Source: the human T2T-CHM13v2.0 reference genome, Homo sapiens. Taken from it: a stretch of DNA of 64,000 nucleotides. Shown piece by piece: positions 41,135 through 57,114 of this stretch (the first letter of the stretch is position 1; every line of letters starts with the position of its first letter). The stretch lies in NCBI RefSeq assembly GCF_009914755.1, contig NC_060927.1. One strand, 5' to 3'. A program made the position numbers and the translations under genes. The notes under the pieces are model-generated. The model was not told where the DNA came from, did not search any database, and saw only the letters and a list, made by a program, of their open reading frames with translations.

Positions 41135-41789
41135 ATTGTAAAGGCCTTCAAATCTCCCAAAGAGTCAAGGATAAATTCCAAAAGTAAATTCTATGGAGCA
41201 ACGGAAAATAAATTGGACTAAATCCCAGAAGTCATGGGTTCTTTCTTACTCCTACAAGGTGCATTTGTGCAAGCTACTTAACCTTTCTTAGCCTCTATTC
41301 CTGTGGAAGAGGAAAATAAGTAAGAGATCTTAATTTTCATCTCTGAACGCCAAACACATTGCCACTATGCAATAAGTGTCCATATGTTGGTATCTTTGTT
41401 TTTTATACTCTGTATGGTAGTATGCTAGGGCTGAAGGTTTCCTTTTAGAATGTAATTTTGTAAATGCATCTTTAGATTCATACAGTAAAGAGTCACAAGG
41501 ATAGCTAATAAGATGAAATGGGTATGATAGCAAATATATAAATATTATCTATTCAGTATGAAAGTGTGTCATTGTGTTTTAGTCTGAAATATCATTTCAT
41601 GTGGAGAATTCCTTACTGTCAACCAGTTCCTTGTTTCGTTTATAGTGAATGATATTCACTTGTATCAGATGGCACCAACTATGCTCAGTAATAAGCCAAG
41701 TTTTAATATTGAATTAAGTGCAGGTTGTGCCTGTATGACAACTTTTTTCTGCAAGGCTGACTATTGTAAGTCATATGAAAGCAGACATA

Positions 41790-42095
41790 AATGTGTCAAG
41801 CACTCTGTGCCTGGCACTTTGCTAAGAAATTTACATATATTATCTCACTTAATCATCACAAAATCCTCCGGTGAAGTAGACATTTCACAGTTCAGTCCTT
41901 TATAAGCATTATCACATTAAATCCTTACAACAAATTTCAAACATGGATACTATTATCCCTTCTCTAGAAATTAAAAAACACACATAAATGTTAAAAAAAA
42001 AGTTGAATTGGTTGAACAAGTTCCCTTAGGTAGTAAGCATAGGAGAACAAATTCAAACTCAGGTCTTTTAGACTTTACTACTATACCATATGGCA
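41790..42095 (-). mobile_element. Tandem MIR fragments
   Basis: TGTGCCTGGCACTTTGCTAAG...ATCTCACTTAATC; TACTATTATCCC...ATTCAAACTCAGGTCT. Confidence 0.7.
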
Positions 42096-42763
42096 TAGTT
42101 TTTGCAGAAAGAAGAATGCAGACATTTTAGAATAGATAGTAAACTCAAGTGCCACAGTAAAAGTATTTGGCAAATTTAAAGGAGAAATCCCCTACTAGCA
42201 TCTCCATGAATCAATCAGCATTCATCCAGTTCAGTCAACTTTTGTCCTTGCCTTGTGAGATTTTACACCATATAAACACTATCAAAATATTACACAGAGG
42301 AAAGAAACTTGTGGAGACAAAGAAAGAAGGAGAAGGAGGTTAAGGAGAAGCAGGTTAAGGAAAAGGAGGAATGTGAAAGAAAAAGGAGAAAAAAGAGAAA
42401 AAAAGGAATAAATCATTTCTAAATGATAATATGGCAGGAATACAGAATGGTGACTATAGTATATGAAACCAGTACAAGGAAAACTAAATTATATTCTTAC
42501 TAGAGAAGGTCAAACATGCATATAATTGAAATTTTTAAAAAAGATAATAAAAATGGTGGGTCATAATTAATAGTTAAATAATTTAAAGTTTACATTTAAA
42601 TTTACATACTAAACTCTGTTTACAAAATGAATAGTAATAGAAGGAAACAGACTGCATTTATACAAAACAACTCTAAGAAAAAACAAAATCCGAAACAAAA
42701 TATCTTAGGTAATAAAAGATTTTCTCTCAAAATCAATCACAAAATATAAGAAACACATAATAT

Positions 42764-43215
42764 TGTATTAGTTTCTATAGTTTCTGTAATAAATTACCCC
42801 AAAGTTGGTGGTTCAAAGCTACATAAATACATCATCTTACAGTTCCAGAAATCAATTTCACTGAGTTAATTTCAAGGGTTGGTACCAGGAGTGTTGGTTC
42901 CTTCTGAAGATCTAGGGGAGAATTCATACCCCACCTTTTCTAGCTTCTGGAGGCATGCATTCCCTGGCTTGTGACCCTCCCCTCTCATCATTCTCTACTC
43001 TTGCTTTCAGTGTTACATCACTTACCTCCTCTTGTTCAGTCTAATCTTCTCTGCTTCTACTTTATATGATTACTTGTGATTACAATTAGAATCTACCCAG
43101 ATAATCCAGGATAATCTTCCCATGTAAAGATCCTTAATCACATCCACACAGCCAGATAAGGTAACATTCTCAAGTTCCAGGGATTAGGACATGAATAACT
43201 TTGAGGACCATTATT
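42764..43215 (-). mobile_element. MLT1D-like solo LTR
   Basis: TGTATTAGTTTCTATAG...CCCAGATAATCCAGGATAATCT...GGGATTAGGACATG. Confidence 0.85.
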
Positions 43216-43284
43216 ACCATGATTTAGACTACTGTAATCACTCTCTAAACTTTAAATATCCTAACACACAGCTGTGGGATATGT

Positions 43285-45095
43285 AAAAATATAATGAATC
43301 TATTATTTAAAACTCAAGCACAGAAATGGACAAAAACAGAAACCAATAAAATATGATGATTTAATTTAAAAAGATATAGAAGCAGAAAATATAAAATCAT
43401 ATCTAAAATGAAAATTATAAAGTACCTAAGGGAGAATATATATATATATATGAAAATTAAATAAGAAATATTTCAAACAGACAAGATAATGAAAATGAAT
43501 GAAATAAAGAGTAAAAGAAGTCAAAGAGAAAGTAGTTGAAATTGAAAACAAAGGAAAAGATGTACCATGATATATTGTGAAAAAGAAAAATGAAAATACT
43601 GGAACAGAACCAATATGTAAAAGAGATCCAAGAAACATTTCTAGATGATAATAGAACTGAAAGGGTCCACAAAGTGACTGGAATAACTTACTGGCAATAA
43701 TCAAGTCTTTGATGCATTACAGTAAAATTATTAGAATTCAAAGATAAAGAAAATGTCTTCAGTGGCTCCAAGCAAAAAGATAAAACAAATAACTTACAAG
43801 GATAAGACAATTACACTACATCAAACTCTTAAAAAACAACATCTATATAAATCAACAATGATGCAACATTTTCTAAAAATAATAATAAAAACGTATGAAC
43901 AAAAGATTTTCTATTAAGTATCAAAGCTATTGGAAAACAATTTTAAATCTTCCAGAACTTAGACAATACTATACACATGTATATTTTCTGAGCAATCTAT
44001 TACAGGTTGAGCTTTATCCAACCAAGAGATGGCTGGGAAAACTTTGGCAAACAGACTGATGATACTTGTTTCATATATTTAATTATAGAACTGAGTCCAA
44101 AACAAAAGGTGCAAGAATAATATGTTTGCATGATGTGGTTTGGTTATGTTCCTATCCAAATCTCACCTTGAATTCCCATGTGTTGTGGGAGGGGCCCAGT
44201 GGGAGATAATTGAATCACAGAGGCAAGTCTTTCTCATGCTGTTATTGTGATAGTGAATAAGTCTCACAAGATCTGATGGTTTTAAAAAGAGGACTTCCCC
44301 TGCACAAATTCTTTCTCTGCCTGCTGCCATCCATGTAGGAAGTGACTTGCTCTTCCTTAACTGCCATGATTGTGAGGCTTCCGGAGCCACTTGGAACTGT
44401 AAGTCCAATTAAACCTCTTCCTTTTGTAAATTGCCCAGTCTTAGGTATGTCTTTATCAGCAGCATGAAAATGAACTAATACAATGCATTATATGTTGTTA
44501 TAAAATAAAAAAGATGCAACTAAAAATTAGGAGTATATGAGAGAGATAAAAAGTAGAATCAGTCATAGACTGTTTTGTAAAGAGACTAGTTAAGACTAGC
44601 CAACCAGATAGTAACAGGTCAGCAAGAACTATGAGAAGAGAAGATTAAGAGCACTATAAAAGTTATAGATGTAAAGATAATCTCTACAGCAAACAAACCC
44701 CAAATCTTTATAAATACCAAAAGGAGCTTTTTAAAGCAAGGAAGACACACAAAATACCAAAAGAAACACAGTAAATATGATGTAATATGTAGATGAGATC
44801 AAACATATCAGTCACCGAAAATGTTTATATATCTAATTCATCATTTAATGGAAACACATTTTCAAGCTGGTTCATAAAGCAAAAGCAACCTCTATGTGCA
44901 TACAAAACACATTCCTAAAATATAATGATTCAAGGAGGCTGAAAACAGAGATAAAAGCAAAACAAAAGAAAACAAAACAAAAGCAGCTATTACAATCTTG
45001 ATAAACAAAGTCAAATCCTAGACCAAAAGAAAAAAAAGATGGCACAATAATGCCTTTTTGTAAGACAAATAAGACACAACAATGCTAACAGCACA
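43285..45095 (+). mobile_element. Ancient L1ME-like ORF1 plus start of EN relic, interrupted by THE1
   Basis: Decayed ORF1 motifs (GAAAGGGTCCAC, TTCAAAGATAAAGAAAA) and EN start (AAACATATCAGTC...CTATGTGCATACAA). Confidence 0.6.
44131..44482 (+). mobile_element. THE1A/B-like solo LTR
   Basis: TGATGTGGTTTGG...GAACTAATACA; TSD TTGCA/ATGCA. Confidence 0.93.
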
Positions 45096-45462
45096 TGCTT
45101 GGAAGAAAAACAGCTTTGAGTTCTACTTCTCCCTAAAACTTTGAGAGGTTAGGTAAGTTCACTATCCTGAACCTCAATTTCTTCACATTTGAAATGGTAG
45201 TAATACATTTACCACAGAGAGTACTTTCCTTTTGTGGTAAATACAATCCATATTCAAATAATGGGAAATAATTCCTGTTACCAACCAGATATTTTAATAC
45301 TGAGTGGATTTACGTGCTCTTTAGTAGTTTCTATGTCCAGAATATTTTTAGGTGGTCTGTAGATTCTTTTTGAAGTATATAATTTAAAATTAAAAACATT
45401 CTGGCTCTTCCGAATGTCCATGCTGACTGAACCATATTTTGGCTGTGACTTTCCAAAGGAAG

Positions 45463-45833
45463 TGTATTAGTCCATTTTCACGCTACAGATAAAGACATAC
45501 CTGAGACTGGGCAATTTACAAAAGAAAGAGGTATAATTGGACTTACATTTCCACGTGGTTGGGGAAGTTTCACAATCATGGCAGAAGGCAAGGAAGAGAA
45601 AGTCCTGTCTTACATGGATGGCAGCAGGCAAAAAGAAGAGGGACAAGCGAAATGGGTTTCTGCTTATCAAACCATCAGATCTCGTGAGACTTATGCACCA
45701 GCCGGAGAACCGTATAGGAGAAACCGCCCCCATGATTCAATCGTCTTGCTCTGTGTCCCTCCCACAACACGTGGGAATTATGGGAGTACAATTCAAGATG
45801 AGATTTGGGTGGTGATGCAGCCAAACCATATCA
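45463..45833 (-). mobile_element. THE1A/B-like solo LTR
   Basis: TGTATTAGTCC...CCAAACCATATCA; TSD GGAAG/GAAAG. Confidence 0.93.
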
Positions 45834-48352
45834 GAAAGCATCCTTTAGTCTCTTGTGATAAACATACATAGAAATAACTGACAAGAGTTTATACAGATTT
45901 TAGCAAAACCCTTTGCTTTTGCCTCCTTTGGAATCAAAGCAAGTTTACTGAATTGTGCTATGTACCAACTACATATGGCTCTGTTTCTTGTATGTTATTC
46001 GTTTTGATTCCACAAACTTTTATTGAGGGACTATTGTGCTGGCACTAAGGGCTGCCGGTTGCAGATATATACAACGTAGAGTCACAATACTCAGTGACCT
46101 CACAAGGTAGCCTGATATCCTCATTTCCTTATTCTAAGGAGTTTGTATGCTTCCACCCTATGGATTCTGGAAATGATTACTTGTTCACAAATCGGGCTGA
46201 AGAACCTCTAAACATTCATATGTGGTGGCAGTTGAAGCTTGGGCACCCAGCCAATAGGACTCTCCAGTGTAGATCCATAAAGGAACCTCCCCTTGACTTT
46301 CACAGGTTGGATTGGGTGTCCATAGATGAGTTGACAAAATCAGAGCTTTCACTCTCTGCAGCCACATAGGCAAGAAATTTCTCATTAGGGCACTAAAAGA
46401 AGGGAATAAGAAGAGAGGAAGGAAAAAAGTAAGGGATGGAGAGAGGAATACAAGAAGAAGGAAGGGAAGAAAAAGAAGATAAAGTGAACATGCACCTTGT
46501 ATATATTTATAGATCTTCAAATGCCACATATTTTGGCCTTTGAATATCACTAAGATGTACCTGTATTTGACTTCAGCTTTTGCATTATGTATTTGTGTAA
46601 AATACATTTAACCAGGAGGAGCCTTTGAAATTCTTACTACTATTCCATGTGGGAAAATTATAAAGCTGTTCCTGCTCATACGAACTCAGGGAGAGTTGTC
46701 TGAGATCCTCAACAACTTAATTATTTAATCTGAACCTAACCATGATATGTCCCTCTTCTCTTTCCTGTCACCTGATTGATTGGCATGAAATTATACCACA
46801 GTTATTATATTTTATTAAATCTGTGTTAGTGTTCCCATTTTGTTGCACCATTATTGATTTTAAATGCATTACATATGATCAGTTTAATCCCAGCTATATT
46901 ATATCTAATGGTTTGCCACCTACAGAATTTCCAGGTACACATTTGGTTTACAGAATAAACACAGAATTCTGGGCCTCAGCCCTAACTGAAAATTGCAAAT
47001 ATTTACTAGAATGGTAGAAACTGAAAGGACTGACATCCAAAGATGTGAGCTGTTTTTGTTTTGTAAGACTTGAATATTTTAAGACAACTTTTAGCAAATA
47101 GTTTATTCGATGCTACCCATCCCCCGAGTGAAGAATTTGTTTATGTAAAAACACAGCAAAGTCTATTAAAAATATAGACATTGTGGGGTTTTTTGCTTTA
47201 AGGCCTACAATTAGATAACATAAAAATGTAATTTAACTGTTCTGTAAGTATGAGTTTTAACAATCCATCTTTGACTTTGTCTATGGACTGACTTCCATGC
47301 CTTACATCAAGATAGTACAGATGTGGGGGAGGAGCCAAGACGGCCGAAGAGGAACAGCCCCAGTCTACTGCTCCCAGAGTGAGTGACGCAGAAGACAGGT
47401 GACTTCTGCATTTCCAACTGAGGTACCAGGTTCATCTCACTGGGGAGTGTCGGACAGTGGGTGCAGGACAGTGGATGCAGTGCACTGAGCGTGAGCTGAA
47501 GCAGGGTGAGGCATTGCCTCACCCAGGAAGTGCAAGGGGTCAGGGAATTCCCTTTCCTAGTCAAAGAAAGGGGTGACAGATGGCACCTGGAAAATCGGGT
47601 CATTCCCACCCAAATACTGCACTTTTCCAATGGTCTTAGCAAATGACACACCAGGAGATTATATCCCACGCCTGGCTCAGAGGGTCCTACGCCCATGGAG
47701 CCTCACTCATTGCTAGCACAGTAGTCTGAGATCAAACTGCAAGGTGGCAGCAAGGCTGGGGGAGGGGCGCCCACCATTGCCAAGGCTCAAGTAGGTAAAC
47801 AAAGCGGCCAGGAAGCTCGAACTGGGTGGACCCCACCACAGCTCAAGGAGGCCTGCCTGCCTCTGTAGACTCCACCTCTGGGGGCAGGGCATAGCCAAAC
47901 AAAAGGCAGCAGAAACTTCTGCAGACTTCAATGTCCCTGTCTGACAGATTTGAAGAGAGTAGTGGTTCTCCCAGCACATAGCTGGAGATCTGAGAATGGA
48001 CAGACTGCCTCCTCAAGTGGGTCCCTGACCCCCGAGTAGTCTAACTGGGAGGCACCCCCCAATAGGGGCAGACTGACGCCTCACACGGCCGGGTACTCCT
48101 CTGAGACAAAACTTCCAGAGGAACGATCAGGCAGCAACATTTGCTGCTCACCAATATTCACTGTTCTGCAGCCTCCACTGCTGATACCCAGGCACACAGG
48201 GCCTGGAGTGGACCTCCAGCAAACACCAACAAACCTGCAGCTGAGGGTCCTGACTGTTAGAAGGAAAACTAACAAAAAGAAAGGACATCCACACCAAAAC
48301 CCCATCTGTATGTCACCATCATCAAAGACCAAAGGTAGATAAAACCACAAAT

Positions 48353-49370
48353 ATGGGGAAAAAACAGAGCAGAAAAACAGGAAACTCTAAAAATCAGAGC
48401 ACCTCTCCTCCTCCAAAGGAACGCAGCTCCTCACCAGCAATGGAACAAAGTTGGACGGAGAATGACTTTGATGAGTTGAGAGAAGAAGGCTTCAGATGAT
48501 CAAACTACTCCGAGCTAAAGGAGGAAGTTCGAACCTATGGCAAAGAAGTTAAAAACCTTGAAAAAAAATTAGATGAATGGCTAACTAGAGTAATCAATGC
48601 AGAGAAGTCCTTAAAGGACCTCATGGAGCTGAAAACCACAGCATGAGAACTACGTGATGAATGCACAAGCCTCAGTAGCCGATTCGATCAACTGGAAGAA
48701 AGGGTATCAGTGATGGAAGATCAAATGAATGAAATGAAGTGAGAAGATAAGTTTAGAGAAAAAAGAATAAAAAGAAACGAACAAAGCCTCCAAGACATAT
48801 GGGACTATGTGAAAAGACCAAATCTACATCTGATTGGTGTACCTGAAAGTGACAGGGAGAATGGAACCAAGTTGGAAAACACTCTGCAGGATATTATCCA
48901 GGAGAACTTCCCCAATCTAGCAAGGCAGGCCAACATTCAAATTCAGGAAATACAGAGAACGCCACAAAGATACTCCTCGAGAAGAGCAACTCCAAGACAC
49001 ATAATTGTCAGATTCACCAAAGTTGAAATGAAGGAAAAAATGTTAAGGGCAGCCAGAGAGAAAGGTCAGGTTACCCACAAAGGGAAGCCCATCAGACTAA
49101 TAGTAGATCTCTTGGCAGAAACTCTACAAGCCAGAAGAGAGTGGGGGCCAATATTCAACATTCTTAAAGGAAAGAATTTTCAACCTAGAATTTCCTAACC
49201 AGCCAAACTAAGCTTCATAAGTGAAGGAGAAATAAAATACTTTACAGACAAGCAAATGCTGAGAGATTTTTGTCACCACCAGGCCTGCCCTAAAAGAGCT
49301 CCTGAAGGAAGCACTAAACATGGAAAGGAACAACTGGTACCAGCCACTGCAAAAACATGCCAAATTGTAA
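48353..49370 (+). pseudogene. L1 ORF1p relic with premature stops
   Basis: ATGGGGAAAAAACAGAGC start; ORF-track peptide KRPNLHLIGVPE...ARREWGPIF; CGA>TGA stops. Confidence 0.93.
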
Positions 49371-49433
49371 AGACCATCGAGACGAGGAAGAAACTGCATC
49401 AACTAATGAGCAAAATAACCAGCTAACATCATA

Positions 49434-51340
<1,907 letters not shown>

Positions 51341-52982
51341 CCAAACACCGCATGTTCTCACTCATAGGTGGGAATTGAACAATGAGAACACATGGACACA
51401 GGAAGGGCAACATCACACACCAGGGCCTGTTGTGGGGTGGGGGGAGGGGGAAGGGATAGCATTAGGAGATATACCTAATGTTAAATGATGAGTTAATGGG
51501 TGCAGCACACCAACATGGCGCATGTATACATATGTAACAAACCTGCACGTTGTGCACATGTGCCCTAAAACTTAAAGTATAATAAAAAAGTATAGATTTA
51601 ATTTTTAATATTTTGAATATTATGAATACGTTTTCTGACAGTTTAGATAATGAAAATGAGAACAATTACAATACCAGTGCTAGCATGACTCAGATTTCTC
51701 CAAAAAGAGGGCTAAATATCCATATTACTTTAATCAAAGGAGAAAATATACATATAACTGGACTTGGGAGGGAAATGATGTAACAGGAATACTGGAAATA
51801 ATTTGGGAATGAGCAGGAAGGAGAAGAAGATATGAAAGCACATATGAAATCTAAACCTCACAAGTTTAGAGTTAGATAGGCTAATTAAGATTTTTTCATC
51901 TCCCAAAAAGATGATTCTCAATAAAAAAAATAGCAGCCACTGAATTAATGTGGGCATTGTTTGCAAATGAACACACGCTATTGTTTCATTTCCTATATTG
52001 CCCTATGAAACTGAGTAAAGTTACATTTCTTGACTCAGATGTATCAACTAAAATGTTTTATGGGTAAACAAAAGGAGATATTTGAAAACAGATATGTTGA
52101 CCCCCTACAGTGTATAGCTGATTCTGTCAGATTATACCAACAATCATACTTTCTATAGTATATCAAGTGATAAGCTGAATCTTGGCAAAAATATTTTTTA
52201 AAAACCTGCTATCTTTTGCTCGTACATACTTCTACTTGAATAATGCAGTTAGAAGTTGTTTTCTTGATTTTTATGAAGATTTTAATAAAAATTCAGTAAA
52301 TGTAAAAAAAAAAAATTGTTGATAACTTGTCCAAATGCAATCTGAACTTTGCTTAGAAATCTGCATATTTGACCAATGGGGCAAATGTAAACTTTTGCAA
52401 GCTTCATTCAGTCTGTAAACAGTTTATCAAATAAAATGGAAAGATCTTACCTGATAAATGCTCTGTATACCTTGTACACAACACTGTTAAAAAGAAATGT
52501 TATTGATTTCCTGTGATATTGAGGATTTATAATGAAAAAATTTTTATTACTTTTCTATTTCCTCAAAATGTGTAAAAGCAGTTAATGATTTTCTACTTTA
52601 TTGAAATAAAAGGAGATAGATTTTCATGTGTCTGCAAGATGACTGTCTTTGATTTCCTTGATATTAAAATGTTGGCCTATTGTAAAATAATATTTCAAAG
52701 TTTGAGAAAAAAATGTTCTCCAATTTCTCAATATCTTTACTCATATTGTAACTTATTTGGAATCCAACTCTGATTTTACAAGTTCATATTCTCTCTTTGT
52801 ATTAAAACTGCTTTCCCAGAGAGATTTAAATGATGATGAAATCCAATGTGCTTCTAAGTGATTAAAAATGATGAACATTTTAGACATTCATAGTCAATAT
52901 TATGATTTATACAAAAAGACCTGATTGGCAAACAGTTCATTTATCAAAACAAGGCTATAGATAGAAAGTGGATGACATTATT

Positions 52983-55529
52983 GTCAGTGTTTCAGATTTT
53001 AGCAATTCTAATAGGTGTGTAGTTGAAATATCTCATTGTTATTTTAACTTGCAGTTCCCTGATGAAATATGATGTTTTATATTCTTATTTTCCATCTGTA
53101 TGTATTTTTTGGTGAGGTTCAGATATTTAATGTATTTTATAATTGGGTTGTTTTATAATTGTTGAATTTTAAGAGTTCTTTGCATATTTTAGATACAAAT
53201 CCTTTGTCATCTGTATGGTTAGCAAACATTTTCCCTTAGTCTGTAACTTATCATTTCATTCTCTTAACACTGTCTTTTCACAGAGCAGAAGTTGGAAATT
53301 TTAATAAAGTTCCACTTAGTTTTTTTCATGACTTATGTTATTGTAGTATATTTAAAAATTGATCCTCAAACTCAAGATAACTTGACTATATTTTTGTAGG
53401 TTTAATTCTGGGATCTCCAGTACGTTTCATTGATTAGTTTGTCTCTCCTTTCACCAGTATCACATTGTCTTGATTACTGTCACTTTATAGTTTGTGATGT
53501 CAGGTAGCATCAGTTCTCCAATTTTGTCCTTCATCTTTAATATGGTGTTAACTATTCTGAGTCTTTAGCTCCTCCTTATCCATGGTTTCACTTTGTGATT
53601 TTAGTTACCCACAATCAACCACAGTCCAAAAATATTAAATGGAAAACTCCAGAAATAAATAATTCATAAGTTATATATTGCACACCATTCTGAATAGTAT
53701 GGTGAAATCTCATACTGTCCCCTCAGGACGTAACTCATTCTTTTGTCCAGTGTATCTGCACTCTATACCATACTCGCCTGTTCATCATTTAGTAGCCATC
53801 TTCAGTTATCAGATAGACTGTCCCAGTATTGCAGTGCTTGTGTTCAAGTTACCCTTATTTTACTTAATAGTGACCCCAAAGTGAAAAAGTACTATGCCTA
53901 ATTAATAAATTAAACTTTATAAAAGATATGCATGTTTGGGTACAAAGCATAGTGTGCATAGAGTTTAGTACTACCCACAGTTTTATCTGTCCATTGGGAT
54001 CTTGGAATGTATTCCCTGTAAATAAAGGGAAACTATATTTTTGAGTAATTTTGTTAATATTCGCAAGATAACATACAGAATTTGAACTGAGATTGTGCTG
54101 AATATATTGATCAAGTTGGGGAAACTGACATCTTAAAAATACTGAGTCTTTTTATTCATGAACATGAAATGTCTGTTTTTTCATGTAAATCTTCTTTGAC
54201 TTCTTTTATCAGAGTTTTTTTAGTAGTCTTCATATAGGTCTTATACATATTTTGTAGGTTTATGACTAAATATTTAATTCATAGGATGTTAATGTAAGTG
54301 GTATTGTGTTTTTAATATTGATTTCCAATTGTTCATTGCTGGTATATAGTAAAAGAATTGACTTGTGTATATAATCTTACTTTCCGCAATCTCACTATAA
54401 TTGCTTATTAGTTCCAAGGGGTTTTTCTTGCTGTTGATTATTTGGAATATGCTAAATAGACACTTATGATATCTGTTAATAATGATGGTTTCATTTTTTC
54501 CTTCCAATCTGTATATTTTAATTTCCTTTTCTTGTTTTATTGCATTAGTTAAGACTTTCAGTATGACGTTAAGAGAGGTGAAAGGAGATATTCTTGCTTC
54601 ATCCCTGATCTTAGAGAGAAAGCATCTAGTTTCTCGTCATTAATTATGATGCTATCTGTAGGTTATGTTTTACTGTTTGCTCTAGTTGTAGATTTCAGAG
54701 GCTAAAATTTCCTCTAGTTCCCTTTTTTCTCCCTCCCCCGCTATTGCTCTAGGGTTTTCTTAGAGATGCCTTAAATAGGGTCTAAGACTTGCAGTTCTTT
54801 CAACATAATCTCCTGTATTACATAGATGTGGTGGTAAAGTGTGGGATTAGGGAAAGCGTTCTGTAGTTTTATTATTAGGTCTCAGTCTTTGAGGGTAGCC
54901 TGTGCCCCTGGGCGGTGACCTTTACAAGTGATCCTCCACTTTTCTTTTTCTCCTCTTACTTACGTGAGACAGGAGAGCAAGAAGGAACTGGAGCTGAGTA
55001 TTTTCCTCTCCCCACGTCAGTTGAACGTTGATAAAACCCAAGACAAGATGCTTGTACTCTGGCAAAATTGTTTCCCTTGAGGGCAGACTTTTGTTAAGAA
55101 AAACAGAATGCTCTGGACTTACTTTATAAATGCCTGTTTTCTACTCTGCCTATTCCAGAGGCATGAGAGGATTTTTATCTGATCTTCATCCTGAGAACCT
55201 AGTGGGGCTTTTGAATGTGAAACTCACAAAAGTGTGGGGATGATCCTCCCCAGAATGGGACCCTTGAAGCTTTTAACTCCTAAGTTTGCAGTTAGTGAGG
55301 GCTCCAGTGGTGAACTTCTGCTCTTGGGCTCTGTTCCTGGTGAACTGTGAATCTCTTTATTTACCTGACTCTCCTATCAAAGTTTTGAACTGTGGCTTGA
55401 CCTACAATCTCAATTCTTTGATGGATCCAAGAAGAGTTGATTTTCAGTTTGTTTAGCCCTTTCCTCACTGTAAAAGTGGGGGTCATAACATCCAAACTCT
55501 TATGTTGTACCAGAAACCACAAGTCTCCA
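52983..55529 (-). mobile_element. Old L1 (L1MC/MD-like): 5' UTR-like segment joined to 3' ORF2, no 3' UTR, flanked by a 12-bp direct repeat
   Basis: Antisense ORF2 (ATTCTAATAGGTGTGTAG, CCTGATCTTAGAGAGAAAGCATCTAG); 5' end near 55527; GATGACATTATT at both ends. Confidence 0.75.
53570..54037. mobile_element. MER44-like Tigger MITE nested in L1
   Basis: CCTTATCCATGGTTTCACTTT...GTCCAAAAATATTAAATGGAAAA...TCTTGGAATGTATTCCC..ATAAAGGG. Confidence 0.8.
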
Positions 55530-57114
55530 GATGACATTATTAAAAAGCTGAGAAGTAATCCCTATGAATTGCAAAAGCCTGCTGTTGTTAGTAAGTAAAA
55601 TACTAAGTGCTTTATTGCCCATTGCCTTTGTTGAGAGGATATTTAGTTTGATGTTATCTTAATGGGCTGACACCAGGTATGAATGTAATGTGGCTTTGAT
55701 AAGAGAAAAGCTCAAGTCAAAGTGAATTTTATGTTTGACTATATTCAGTTTTGTTACTACATAAAAGAAAAAAAAGAATATACTAACGGCTATACGCAGA
55801 TCAGAGAAGTGTTACTGGAAAAAGAGACAGAGTAAAGACATCCTCTTACATTACAGGACAGGAAAAAAGTGTTATTGTTTTTATTTTTTATTAAAGATAA
55901 TATCTTTTAATTACTCTGATTGCATTTATATTCACCTTTTAAATGTTTTAAATTTATGTATGCTAAGACTATAGCCTACAAAATATAAATATCCAATTCA
56001 GAATTTTCTAAAAGTTAAATTGCTATTTATACATATAAGAGGACAGAAAGGAACATTATGAAAATAGTTATATTTTCCACACATTATTTATTTAATTAGT
56101 CTAACAATTACTACTAATTGTCACTGTTACTTTATCCTGTTACTGTTTTGTTTAAATGCTGAAATAATAGCATTTATGTAACAGAACATTAAATAACAGA
56201 ATAATACATAATTTCAAACAAATATACTGTTTTTTTACATTTGCATGTTAATGTAATAACAGTGGACAATTATATAATATGCACTATATTACAATATTTT
56301 AGGCCTGATATTGCTATATTCTGGGCTGGCTCTCTAAAATTTGTTCACCCTATATGACCTTCACTCTAAGAAGTATCAGCTTTCTGAAGGCAATTTGGAG
56401 CAGGAGGCAACAGGCTAAGGACTAGTGAAGGAAGTACATCATAGTATGCCCTACAAGCCTATGCCAAGAGCCTATCCAAGTCCATAAAGTATATATCAAT
56501 GTCATTAGATTTTAATGTAATTTAAAAATAGATTAAAAATCCTATTAAATATTGTTAGCTTTCTTCAGTACTTCAGGGAATAGAGACAAGGGACTCTACA
56601 TATGCTTGGAAAATGGTGGTAAAGAGAAGAATATATGCTCTACATACCAGCAGAGGCCCAAGATGAAAATCAGGAGGAGGCATTTATCATCTCTGAGTCT
56701 CAGAGGGAAGGATAAAAACAGGTTACTGAGGACAGGTTGGTGTTGACCAGGAGGCCAATCATATATGAGACACAGAATCTAGAGCATCACCGAACCAGAA
56801 GAACACAGAAGGGCTTCTCCATAGAAAGGGTGGCAGCCACAATTGTTTAAGAATGACCTGTCAGAACATGTGTGGTCTTTATAAACTCCTAGAACTACCG
56901 GAAGGAGTAAGAAAGCTTGAAGAACTTGCATGGGTGGGAGTAGGGTATAAAGAAAGAGAATAGGTTGCTATAAAGTTGGGAGCTGCAAGCCAGCAAAAAC
57001 ATGATAAACATATTCATATGACCTTATTTGCACATAGAGAAGGATAAGCTTAATGACATTTAGGTATCTGTATCTATAAGGTTAGCCCTTATTAGTTATA
57101 TGATTCAGATCCTT

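Noticed and set aside
44131-45833. A single THE1 provirus with two LTRs
   Set aside because: LTRs are in opposite orientation with different TSDs and no THE1 internal sequence between them
56590-57000. Possible ancient LTR relic
   Set aside because: Purine-rich and LTR-like, but I cannot assign a family or boundaries by eye
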